Positions 55,260 through 63,171 of a stretch of 64,000 nucleotides of DNA are shown here, piece after piece (within the stretch, counting starts at the first letter, position 1; the number at the start of each line of letters is the position of its first letter). Both the position numbers and the translations under genes were made by a program. The stretch covers positions 101,968 to 165,967 of the forward strand of contig JBBDRA010000002.1 of the NCBI GenBank assembly GCA_040905715.1, read 5' to 3'. The DNA is from Minisyncoccota bacterium (lineage in GTDB: Bacteria; Patescibacteriota; Minisyncoccia; Phycocordibacterales; CSBR16-193). The notes under the pieces are model-generated. The model ran no database searches. It had not been told where the DNA came from and was given only the letters and a program-made list of their open reading frames with translations.

Positions 55260-55390
55260 TACGGAGTAAACAGGAGCTGGGACTTGGGGAAGGGGTCGGG
55301 AAACGGGAGTTTCCCGTGGAGGAAGGCAGCGACCGAAGGGAGTGTTGGAAAACCGCGGGTTTCCAAGTTAGTCTTGCCCTGGGCACAAAA
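55260..55390 (+). repeat. tRNA-associated structured element, copy 2, ending in a 15-nt duplicate of the tRNA-Leu 3-prime end
   Basis: Motif ggggaaggggtcgggaaacgggagtttcccgtggagg (55287-55322), second hairpin ggaaaacc-gcg-ggtttcc (55347-55364). gccctgggcacaaaa at 55376-55390 repeats 55207-55221. Confidence 0.65.
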
Positions 55391-55391
55391 A

Positions 55392-55418
55392 AAGACCAGC
55401 ATCAAGCTGGTCTTTTTT
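55392..55418 (+). terminator. Intrinsic terminator (agaccagc/gctggtct plus T6)
   Basis: Seen in sequence. Confidence 0.55.
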
Positions 55419-55510
55419 ATATGTTATCCTTTGAATTTCTTAAGTTAAACAAGGTATAATAATACCAACATATTCAGTACTAATGAGTGTACGCTAACTA
55501 GAGCATTTAC

Positions 55511-57058
55511 ATGATAACAAATAAACTTCTTTCATATATTAAAGATGAACGGGCACGAGGTGTTTCTGAGGCTCAGATCCGAAAAACTCTCATGGCTCAA
55601 GGTGGCTGGCATCAAGATGATCTCAAAGAGGCATTCCAAGCTGTGCAGAAATCGGTCGCCCAGAAAGATACTCCACAAAAGAGCGCAAAAGCGCCAGCTT
55701 CTCAGTCTGCCGCTAAACAAGCATCCGCCTCTCGAGTGAGTGACCCAATAAAGAAGAACAAAAAAGATGAAAAGTTTGGTAAGGATCTTGATTCTCAGTC
55801 TGAGAGCATGCAGACGAACAGAAAGCAACAGGCAGTAATTCCGTCTCATTCATCTGTCGGTAGAAAAGTTGTTTTATTTTTAGTAGCACTTCTTGTGTTT
55901 GTCGGTGTAGCTGTTGGCGGAGTGGCTGCGTACACGTCCATTATCGGAGGGGTAAACGAAGATTTGTCAAAAGATGAGATTTTATCTTCTGCGTTCTCAA
56001 ATTTCTCTGATGCAACCTCGTTGGAATACGAAGCTGTGTTAACTGTAGAGAGCGGTATCGATGGATCAAGGCCTCATTCTCTCCGCGTGAGCGCCGATGG
56101 AGTGTCAAGCATGGGCGCGGCTTTTAGCGATCTTACAATGCAGCATAAGGTATCTGTTGAATCAGAGACAGATGGTCAGGAACAAGGAGGGTCATTAATT
56201 GATACCGAGGTAGAGATGCGTCTAGTAGATAAGATCCTCTACTTCTATGTTGAGCATGCCCCTGAGATGACAAGAGTGTTCTTGCCTATTTCTGAGCAAC
56301 AGTGGTTGCGCTCGCCGGAGGTGGTGGCTTCGGGACGAACTGGAAGTGAGAGCGGTATTGGTCTCGATGGATTTAAAGATGAGGCAACCAGGCGGTTCGT
56401 TATTGATTCTGTTAAATTAGCCCGAGAGCATCGGGTGTACAGTATTACGGAAATAGAGGAAGAAAGAATAAATGGTGAAGGTGTACACGCTTTTAGTATT
56501 CGTTTTCATCCACAAAACATAGAGGTGTTTTTCAATGACGTGGTTGCTATGGTTTATGAGCGAGAAGATCTGCCGGATGAAGTGAGGGAAAGCGTGATAA
56601 CCTGGGCCGAGAGGAAAATTCAGCTTTCAGAAGAAGAACGAGCGCAAGAGATAGAACGCATAAAACAAGTCACTGATAATTTAGAAACCGAGATCATGAT
56701 CGGGAAGAGAGATATGCTGCCGCGTCGTATCCGTATTTCTTTCGATGGCGATGTGCCTGGTGAGCTTGTGGATCAAGGAGGTGTGAATTCTTTTGCATCG
56801 AGGGTGATCGGGAACGATCCACTGCGACGAAATGCAATGTCAGTCATCGGTTCTGCGTTTAATCCGGTCCGGGTAGCTGGTGCAGATTTTCCGCTTCTTC
56901 TCGATCTCGAGATCCGTTTTTCTGGCTTCAATGAATCGGTTAATGTAGAAGCGCCTGCCGACGCGATCGATTTTGAAGCTGCGATAAGAGATGCCCGCAT
57001 AGAAGGAGGAAGCGGCTCGGGAGATATGAGCACATCTTCAGAAGAAGTTGAGCTCTAG
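55511..57058 (+). CDS. Membrane-anchored hypothetical protein (Lys-rich cytoplasmic N-terminus, one TM helix, large extracytoplasmic domain)
   Basis: Translation features only. Confidence 0.45.
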   Translation: MITNKLLSYIKDERARGVSEAQIRKTLMAQGGWHQDDLKEAFQAVQKSVAQKDTPQKSAKAPASQSAAKQASASRVSDPIKKNKKDEKFGKDLDSQSESMQTNRKQQAVIPSHSSVGRKVVLFLVALLVFVGVAVGGVAAYTSIIGGVNEDLSKDEILSSAFSNFSDATSLEYEAVLTVESGIDGSRPHSLRVSADGVSSMGAAFSDLTMQHKVSVESETDGQEQGGSLIDTEVEMRLVDKILYFYVEHAPEMTRVFLPISEQQWLRSPEVVASGRTGSESGIGLDGFKDEATRRFVIDSVKLAREHRVYSITEIEEERINGEGVHAFSIRFHPQNIEVFFNDVVAMVYEREDLPDEVRESVITWAERKIQLSEEERAQEIERIKQVTDNLETEIMIGKRDMLPRRIRISFDGDVPGELVDQGGVNSFASRVIGNDPLRRNAMSVIGSAFNPVRVAGADFPLLLDLEIRFSGFNESVNVEAPADAIDFEAAIRDARIEGGSGSGDMSTSSEEVEL

Positions 57059-57084
57059 TTCTTAGTTCGTGGCGGACTATATTT

Positions 57085-57666
57085 ATGACTTTTTTTACAG
57101 GAAAAGGTGATGATGGCACTACTAAAACGTTCGGTTGCAATCAGCGAATATCAAAAAGCTCGGCTATTGCCGAGGCGCTTGGTACAGTCGATGAGCTCAA
57201 CTCATTTCTGGGTTTGCTTAAAGTGAAAGGCAGTGAGAGCAACGTGCTTGTGCCGAAAACGGAGGAAACCCTTGCCTCGCTTATTCATGCTATTCAGCAC
57301 GATCTGTTTATTGTCCAAGCAGAGCTTGCCGGAGCTGATAAAGCCATCGAGGAGGAAAAGGTGGTCAAGCTTGAGAAGATCATAAACACCATTGAACGCT
57401 CGCTCCCGGAGATCACGACGTTCTTTGTCTCCGGCGGAACCGAGCTTGCTGCGCTGTGTGATGTGGCTCGCACGATCACTCGGCGCGCCGAGCGCCGAGT
57501 GATCGCGGTGTACGACGGTTCGACAGACTCACCGCAGGCGAAGGGGCAAAAAGTAGATGCGCAGACCCTGGCCTATCTCAACCGCCTCTCCAGTATCTTT
57601 TATGCGTTGGCGCGACTTGTTAATCACCAGGCCGGAGTGAGTGAGGAGTCGCCGACGTATGTCTAG
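57085..57666 (+). CDS. PduO-type ATP:cob(I)alamin adenosyltransferase
   Basis: N-terminus MTFFTGKGDDGTT and overall length match the Cob_adeno_trans family. Confidence 0.75.
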   Translation: MTFFTGKGDDGTTKTFGCNQRISKSSAIAEALGTVDELNSFLGLLKVKGSESNVLVPKTEETLASLIHAIQHDLFIVQAELAGADKAIEEEKVVKLEKIINTIERSLPEITTFFVSGGTELAALCDVARTITRRAERRVIAVYDGSTDSPQAKGQKVDAQTLAYLNRLSSIFYALARLVNHQAGVSEESPTYV

Positions 57667-57755
57667 GCCCTGAGTATTAGGGTGTTGAGTCGGTATTGCA
57701 ATTATCCACAAGCAAATCTGTTTACCCTGTACTATTCCTGGGCTACTATTAAGTA

Positions 57756-58253
57756 ATGCCAGATGTTTCATGCAAAAAATGCGGTAATACTTTTTATGCA
57801 AAACCAAATTGGTTAAAGCGTGGCTACGGAAAGTTCTGCTCCATTAATTGTACTCGCCTGGCAAGCAGGAGGGGTAGTTGGAAAGCATGTTGCCTTTGCA
57901 AAGAAAAGGTCTACAAATCACTAAAAGATATCCGGCGGTCAAAGAGCGGGAACTTTTTTTGTAGCAAGCGGTGTAGTTTAAAATGGCTTAGGTCAAAACA
58001 ATTTGGCAGAAATCATGCAAATTGGAAGCACGGAAAATATGCTTACAGAGGGATGCTCCTTCGTAGTGCGTTGAGCAGAAAATGCAAATTATGCGGTCGT
58101 GACGACGAACGTATCTTAATAGTTCATCATATAGATAAAAATCGTGAAAATAACAAAATAGATAATCTCACTTGGCTTTGCCTGAACTGTCATTATTTAG
58201 TTCATAATTATTCAGAGGCTGAGGACCAATTTCTTGACAGTCTAAATACATAA
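57756..58253 (+). CDS. HNH endonuclease with an N-terminal Cys-rich zinc-ribbon repeat
   Basis: HNH core VHHIDKNRENNKIDNLTWLCLNCH. Two CxxC...C...C modules at the N-terminus. Confidence 0.7.
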   Translation: MPDVSCKKCGNTFYAKPNWLKRGYGKFCSINCTRLASRRGSWKACCLCKEKVYKSLKDIRRSKSGNFFCSKRCSLKWLRSKQFGRNHANWKHGKYAYRGMLLRSALSRKCKLCGRDDERILIVHHIDKNRENNKIDNLTWLCLNCHYLVHNYSEAEDQFLDSLNT

Positions 58254-58256
58254 ATT

Positions 58257-58763
58257 ATGGAAAGGAGTTGTGAAATATGTAAAGCGACGTTTAAAACAAA
58301 ACCTTATTTTATTCGGAAAGGGCAAGGGCGCTTTTGTTCTAAAAAATGTCAATACGAAAGTTTCAAAACTGGTTCAAGTATCACTTGCGATACCTGTAAG
58401 AAGAACGTCTATAGGAATAGGTCGGGCTTAGGTAGATCCAAGAGTAGGAAATTCTTTTGTTCAAAATCGTGCCAAACAAAATGGAGAAATACGCAGTACA
58501 GTAGAGAGAAACATTTAGGTTGGAAGGACGGCGTTTCGTCATATCGAAATGCCATGCTAAGAAATAATGAATCGCAAGAGTGCAAGTTTTGCAAAGAAGT
58601 CGATGTGCGAGTTCTTGTTGTCCACCATGTTGATGAGGATCGAACCAACAACAAACTGGAAAATCTTTGCTGGTTATGCCATAATTGCCACCACCTTGTT
58701 CACCATTGCAAAGGCGAGTCAGAAAAGATTCGCTCGATCATTGGTAAAGGCAAAGAACAGTAG
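58257..58763 (+). CDS. HNH endonuclease (tandem paralog)
   Basis: HNH core VHHVDEDRTNNKLENLCWLCHNCH. Same architecture as the preceding gene. Confidence 0.7.
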   Translation: MERSCEICKATFKTKPYFIRKGQGRFCSKKCQYESFKTGSSITCDTCKKNVYRNRSGLGRSKSRKFFCSKSCQTKWRNTQYSREKHLGWKDGVSSYRNAMLRNNESQECKFCKEVDVRVLVVHHVDEDRTNNKLENLCWLCHNCHHLVHHCKGESEKIRSIIGKGKEQ

Positions 58764-58850
58764 CATATGGTGCCTATGGTATAATGGTTATTACGGAAGC
58801 TTGTGGAGCTTCAAATTCCAGTTCAATTCTGGATAGGCACCCAGAATATA

Positions 58851-58882
58851 AAAACAACTCCATGCCTGGAGTTGTTTTTTAT
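58851..58882 (+). terminator. Intrinsic terminator (aaaaacaactcca-tgcc-tggagttgtttttt)
   Basis: Seen in sequence. Confidence 0.5.
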
Positions 58883-58898
58883 TAGTAAGAAGTTACCG

Positions 58899-58945
58899 GG
58901 AATCGAACGGGAAGGGGTCGGGAAAACTAGAGTTTTCCCGTGAAG
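58899..58945 (+). repeat. tRNA-associated structured element, copy 3 (partial, no adjacent tRNA)
   Basis: ggaatcgaac followed by gggaaggggtcgggaaaac-taga-gttttcccgtgaag. Confidence 0.55.
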
Positions 58946-59127
58946 TCTGCCTGCGGGCGCTGTCAGGGAAAGCTCTGCTTATGAATGGAATGAATTAGGA
59001 AACAAGCAATGCTCTTTGGGTATTTCCCAGAAGTGAGATAGCGACGGAATCCCGCTTTCGCGGGCTCAGCTTTTTCGGAGACTTATTCTCAGCCAAAATC
59101 ATATATAACCTGTGATACTATTCACTC

Positions 59128-59535
59128 ATGGAACAACATGCTGCCGGAATTATTCTTGTAACACCAGGTGGATCGGTCATTCTTCAGCAGCGAGATCGAT
59201 CAGGCGTTGAGCAGCCTGGGAAAATTAGTTTCTTTGGTGGGGGATGTGAAGAAGGTGAGACAGTAAAAGAGTCCGCAGTACGTGAGTTGCGGGAGGAGAC
59301 AGGTCTCGATGTCTCGCCAGATGATCTCGAACTATTTAAAGAGTATGATGTAACTGCTCACGAAGGACGTCACTCCGGCGCCACGTTTTTTGTTTTACGC
59401 GGTATTACTCCAGAAGATATAACTGTTTATGAAGGTGAGGGTGTGGTGATGGTTTGCTCTTGGGAGGATGTTCAGGGGCATCCTGGTATCGCTTCTGTGG
59501 CTCGTCAGGTACTAGACGATTGGTTTAATTCGTAA
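59128..59535 (+). CDS. NUDIX hydrolase
   Basis: Nudix box GGGCEEGETVKESAVRELREETGL. Confidence 0.7.
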   Translation: MEQHAAGIILVTPGGSVILQQRDRSGVEQPGKISFFGGGCEEGETVKESAVRELREETGLDVSPDDLELFKEYDVTAHEGRHSGATFFVLRGITPEDITVYEGEGVVMVCSWEDVQGHPGIASVARQVLDDWFNS

Positions 59536-59539
59536 CTTC

Positions 59540-59995
59540 ATGCCCCACATTCATGACAGGATCGATTATACGGTAGAGGTGTTTATTGTTCACAAAGACA
59601 CGATACTTCTCCATCAGCACAAGAAACTGAACAAGTGGCTCTCGATAGGCGGTCACGTTGAGCTCGACGAAGATCCCGAAGTTGCATGTCATCGAGAAGT
59701 AAAAGAGGAAATGGGGCTCGAGATCGAGTTGGTCCCGGAACGAGAAACAAAAAAGTTTAATACGAGCCATGAATTACCTCAGCCGTTTGCAGTAAATCGA
59801 AACCCGATCACCGATACGCATGACCATATAACTTTTGTATACTTTGCCCGCACAAATACCGATCAAGTGACGCCGGAAGAAGGTATAACAGAGTGGAAGT
59901 GGTTTGCGAAAGAAGATCTTGAGGAAAATGGAGACGGGGTACCTGATGATATACGGTACTATGCCCTCAAGGCACTTGATGTGCTAAGCTCATAG
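59540..59995 (+). CDS. NUDIX hydrolase
   Basis: Nudix box GGHVELDEDPEVACHREVKEEMGL. Confidence 0.7.
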   Translation: MPHIHDRIDYTVEVFIVHKDTILLHQHKKLNKWLSIGGHVELDEDPEVACHREVKEEMGLEIELVPERETKKFNTSHELPQPFAVNRNPITDTHDHITFVYFARTNTDQVTPEEGITEWKWFAKEDLEENGDGVPDDIRYYALKALDVLSS

Positions 59996-59997
59996 AT

Positions 59998-60429
59998 ATG
60001 CAAAAAGGAATTGATTATCCAGGCATAACTGTTGTTTTCTTCTGTCACGACGGACAAGGGAATTACGTGTTGGCAAAGCGAGGGAAGAACTGTCGAGACG
60101 AGCACGGATGTTGGGATCCGGGTGGAGGCGGTGTAGAGCACGGGGAGACTATTGAAGGAACGTTGCGTAAAGAGATCGCCGAGGAATATTGTACTGATGT
60201 TTTGGATCATGAATTTCTTGGGTATCGTGATGTGCATCGAGATCACGAAGGGGCAAAGACGCACTGGATAGCACTCGACTTCAAAGTTTTAGTTGATAAA
60301 GACAAGGTTGCCAACGGTGAGCCGCATAAGTTTGATGCGATTGAATGGTTCCGGGTAGACGCCTTACCTGAGCCAATGCACTCTCAACCCCCGGCTTTTT
60401 TTGAGAAGTATAAAGATAAACTCCTATGA
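59998..60429 (+). CDS. NUDIX hydrolase
   Basis: Nudix-like GGGGVEHGETIEGTLRKEIAEEY. Confidence 0.6.
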   Translation: MQKGIDYPGITVVFFCHDGQGNYVLAKRGKNCRDEHGCWDPGGGGVEHGETIEGTLRKEIAEEYCTDVLDHEFLGYRDVHRDHEGAKTHWIALDFKVLVDKDKVANGEPHKFDAIEWFRVDALPEPMHSQPPAFFEKYKDKLL

Positions 60430-61016
60430 GTAAACCGGTACTCGGACTTGATGTAGATGATGTGCTTGCGGATTTTAACGCAACGCTCTTTGGATTTCAT
60501 AATATGCACTACGGTACATCGCTGACACGCGACGATATTATTGATTATAGACTCGAAGTTTCGTGGGGGTGTAGCAAAGAAGAAGCTTGTCAGCGGATTA
60601 GACACTTTCATAGATCACCGGAATATAAGAATCTACCTCCGATTTCAGGCGCTGTCGCGTCGGTTAATGAGCTTTCCAATCAATACGATATCCATTTGAT
60701 AACAGCACGACCCGATGAGATCCGCGAGGAAACATGTGCATGGATCCAGCAGCATTTTCCGTATCTCGTTGAACGTGTTCATTTTACGCGACAAGTGGTT
60801 GGTGGCGATCAGCGACCTAAGAGTGAGGTGTGCCAAGAGCTTGGTGTAAGTATATTTGTTGATGATGCGTTGCATCATACTGAAGATCTTTCCCCTGCAG
60901 TTGAAAAAGTTTTCTTGTTTGACACGCCCTGGAATCAAACATCTAAGGCGCTTCCGGAGAACGTGCTACGGGTGTATTCGTGGGAGGAAATTACAAAAAA
61001 GCTTTTACCACTATGA
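60426..61016 (+). CDS. 5-prime(3-prime)-deoxyribonucleotidase-like HAD phosphatase
   Basis: N-terminal LGLDVDDVLADF (HAD motif I) and overall similarity to the NT5C family. Confidence 0.6.
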   Translation: MSKPVLGLDVDDVLADFNATLFGFHNMHYGTSLTRDDIIDYRLEVSWGCSKEEACQRIRHFHRSPEYKNLPPISGAVASVNELSNQYDIHLITARPDEIREETCAWIQQHFPYLVERVHFTRQVVGGDQRPKSEVCQELGVSIFVDDALHHTEDLSPAVEKVFLFDTPWNQTSKALPENVLRVYSWEEITKKLLPL

Positions 61017-61435
61017 ACCAATTCGTCGCAACCAGAGCGTTTATTGTAAATGAAGAGGGAAAGGTGCTCATCATCCGCGAGGCATCGGAGTATTCAGGTG
61101 GTACCCAGGTCGGTAAGTACGATCTCCCGGGTGGCAAGATCAAGCCGGGCGAATCGGCCGTTGAGGCGACCAAGCGGGAGGTTAAAGAGGAGGTTGGTCT
61201 AGATGTTGAGATCGGTCAGCCGTTCTTTGTTAGCGAGTGGTATCCGGAAATAAAAGGCGAAACGATCCAGATCGTCGGCATCTTTTTTAAATGTACCCCT
61301 GCCTCTTCGGTGATCATCTTGAGCGTTGACCACGATGACTTTCAGTGGATCGATCCGGCTGATCATTCCCAGTACGAGTGCATGAAGGAGAATATTGGAG
61401 CGTTTGATGCTCATCTAAAAAATAGATATAGATAA
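61013..61435 (+). CDS. NUDIX hydrolase
   Basis: Nudix box GGKIKPGESAVEATKREVKEEVGL. Start at the ATGA overlap with the upstream stop codon. Confidence 0.7.
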   Translation: MNQFVATRAFIVNEEGKVLIIREASEYSGGTQVGKYDLPGGKIKPGESAVEATKREVKEEVGLDVEIGQPFFVSEWYPEIKGETIQIVGIFFKCTPASSVIILSVDHDDFQWIDPADHSQYECMKENIGAFDAHLKNRYR

Positions 61436-61443
61436 TGATGCTC

Positions 61444-61471
61444 TTGACAATTATTTTAAAGGGAGTATTAT
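61444..61471 (+). promoter_or_regulatory. Sigma70-like promoter TTGACA-16-TATTAT
   Basis: Hexamers read directly from the sequence. Confidence 0.45.
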
Positions 61472-61478
61472 ATTGTCA

Positions 61479-61554
61479 GTAATAAAAAAGTACCCCAAGC
61501 CCCCGGAAGCCCATCGCACGAATTTTGTTTCGTGCGGTGGGTTTTTTATTTTTT
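61479..61554 (+). ncRNA. Candidate small RNA (promoter to intrinsic terminator, about 75 nt, no ORF)
   Basis: Starts downstream of the promoter and ends at the hairpin cccatcgcacgaa/ttcgtgcggtggg followed by gttttttatttttt. Confidence 0.3.
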
Positions 61555-61593
61555 AAAACCCACTGACCCAACAATTCTATCTGACAATAAATC

Positions 61594-61622
61594 TTGACAC
61601 TTAAAGCTCGTATGGTTACTAT
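61594..61622 (+). promoter_or_regulatory. Sigma70-like promoter TTGACA-17-TACTAT
   Basis: Read directly. Lies upstream of the small basic ORF and the PRTase gene. Confidence 0.4.
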
Positions 61623-61688
61623 GTAGTGCGGTTGAGCCTTGTATGGATATAAGGCTCGTTACAGTGTTCTTACAGAAAGAGGGTTTTC

Positions 61689-61790
61689 ATGTCGAGGAAA
61701 CGGCATCGAGGCAAGGTTCGTAAGCAGACCGGTAAGCGTCGTAAGAAGTCGCTGAAACGCGCCACGAAAAAAGCCGGCAACGGTAACTGA
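61689..61790 (+). CDS. Small highly basic peptide (33 aa)
   Basis: An aaagaggg RBS precedes the ATG. Translation MSRKRHRGKVRKQTGKRRKKSLKRATKKAGNGN. Confidence 0.3.
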   Translation: MSRKRHRGKVRKQTGKRRKKSLKRATKKAGNGN

Positions 61791-62028
61791 CCATCTCTTT
61801 TGCCCGTCCTGGGCAACCGCCGAATCGTGGCGCTCTCCTGGAGCGTCGCGATTTTTTCATATCTGTATTGTCCGTAATCAGGATAAGCGATGGTATACCC
61901 ACAAGCAGTTCTTGCTCCAAGAATAGGAATATTTGACTTATTTTTCTTGCCGAGTACTGTTAGCGCCAGTGTTTTGATCCTTGTCTTCACTCTGGCCTCT
62001 AGCAGGTTCGTCCTGGGAAGGAAGATGT

Positions 62029-62679
62029 ATGAATACGAATGACTGGCGCAGCATCTGGAAAAATCTCGGTGGCTACTGGAAATTTGATCATGATCATGAT
62101 CCGGCGATTCAGCCGCATGCAATTCTTACCAGCGGTAATCACTCAGACGGGTACGGCAATAGCCGGGTTATCAGTGCGAATCCATGTGCGGTTACCCGGG
62201 CTGCTCTCGATATGTGGGATGCGTTTTTGCAAGAGCGCCCGTTGAATCTTCCGCAGGCGGTATTCGCTCCGGAAACAAGTGCTCCGCCGTTTGCAGAAGA
62301 GATCAAACGGTACAAAAGTGTGCCGTTTGGCAGTATTGAAAAGGACGGCACGATCAACTGGCCCAAGAATGTGAAGAAGGTCAGAACGGCCCTTGTGATC
62401 GAAGACGTGGTTACAACCGGCGGCAGTGTAGTGAAGGCGATCAAAGCGCTCGAAGATGCCGGGGTCGTGGTGTTGCCGTATGTACCCGTCATTCTCAATC
62501 GCAACACGGACGGAAAGGATTACCTTGAAGATGAGAGCGGGAACACGCTGGCTATGCGTATCCTCCCGTTGATCAAGGAGCCGATGAACATCTGGCCATC
62601 GGAGGAATGCCCTCTGTGTTGCAAGGATAGCACGGCATATCGTCCGAAAGAGAACTGGTCCTTGTTTGCCGGCTCTTGA
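62029..62679 (+). CDS. Type I phosphoribosyltransferase (PyrE/OPRT-like)
   Basis: PRPP-binding motif LVIEDVVTTGGS. Start chosen at the internal ATG. Confidence 0.6.
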   Translation: MNTNDWRSIWKNLGGYWKFDHDHDPAIQPHAILTSGNHSDGYGNSRVISANPCAVTRAALDMWDAFLQERPLNLPQAVFAPETSAPPFAEEIKRYKSVPFGSIEKDGTINWPKNVKKVRTALVIEDVVTTGGSVVKAIKALEDAGVVVLPYVPVILNRNTDGKDYLEDESGNTLAMRILPLIKEPMNIWPSEECPLCCKDSTAYRPKENWSLFAGS

Positions 62680-62933
62680 TTCGGTTGACAAACTTCCTTA
62701 GGTGAGTAAGCTAGAGGCAGTTATTTGATTTGTACCCAGACGCTTCACGGCCCCGAGAAAGAGAATGAAGTCGACCCTCAGACGATTTCTTTCCTCTTCT
62801 CGGGGTCTTTTTATAAGCTGCGTACCGTTCTGGTACTGTTTTGATACGTATTCTGTTTGTGCGTAGTTCGTGACAGGGTTTATTTAAGCAGTGCTTGATT
62901 CCACATTATATACATGCTACAGTCTTTAGCACT

Positions 62934-63050
62934 ATGAAAGTCAAAGCATCGATCAAAAAAGAAAAGCCGGGAGACAAGCTTGTTCGTCGACGAGGACGTC
63001 TTTACCGTATCAATAAGCGCGATCCACGACGAAAAGCACGGCAAGGATAG
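62934..63050 (+). CDS. rpmJ: 50S ribosomal protein L36, Cys-less variant
   Basis: Translation [39 protein letters not shown]36 pattern with no zinc-binding cysteines. Confidence 0.75.
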   Translation: MKVKASIKKEKPGDKLVRRRGRLYRINKRDPRRKARQG

Positions 63051-63096
63051 TCAGCTTGTACCTGCCTGCCGGCAGGGCTGATAGATTATAGCGTAT

Positions 63097-63131
63097 AAAA
63101 CCCGCCCGGCTCCGCCGGGCGGGTTTTTGTT
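63097..63131 (+). terminator. Intrinsic terminator after rpmJ
   Basis: Stem cccgcccggc-tcc-gccgggcggg followed by tttttg. Confidence 0.55.
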
Positions 63132-63135
63132 TGAC

Positions 63136-63167
63136 TATAAAAAGCCGCTCGGGTGTGCCGAGCGGCT
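63136..63167 (-). terminator. Intrinsic terminator after the desaturase gene
   Basis: Stem agccgctcgg/ccgagcggct with a T-run on the minus strand. Confidence 0.5.
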
Positions 63168-63171
63168 TGAA

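Noticed and set aside
55190-55459. ORFs over tRNA-Leu and the downstream element
   Set aside because: Overlap a clear type II tRNA and a non-coding repeat. No RBS. Spurious.
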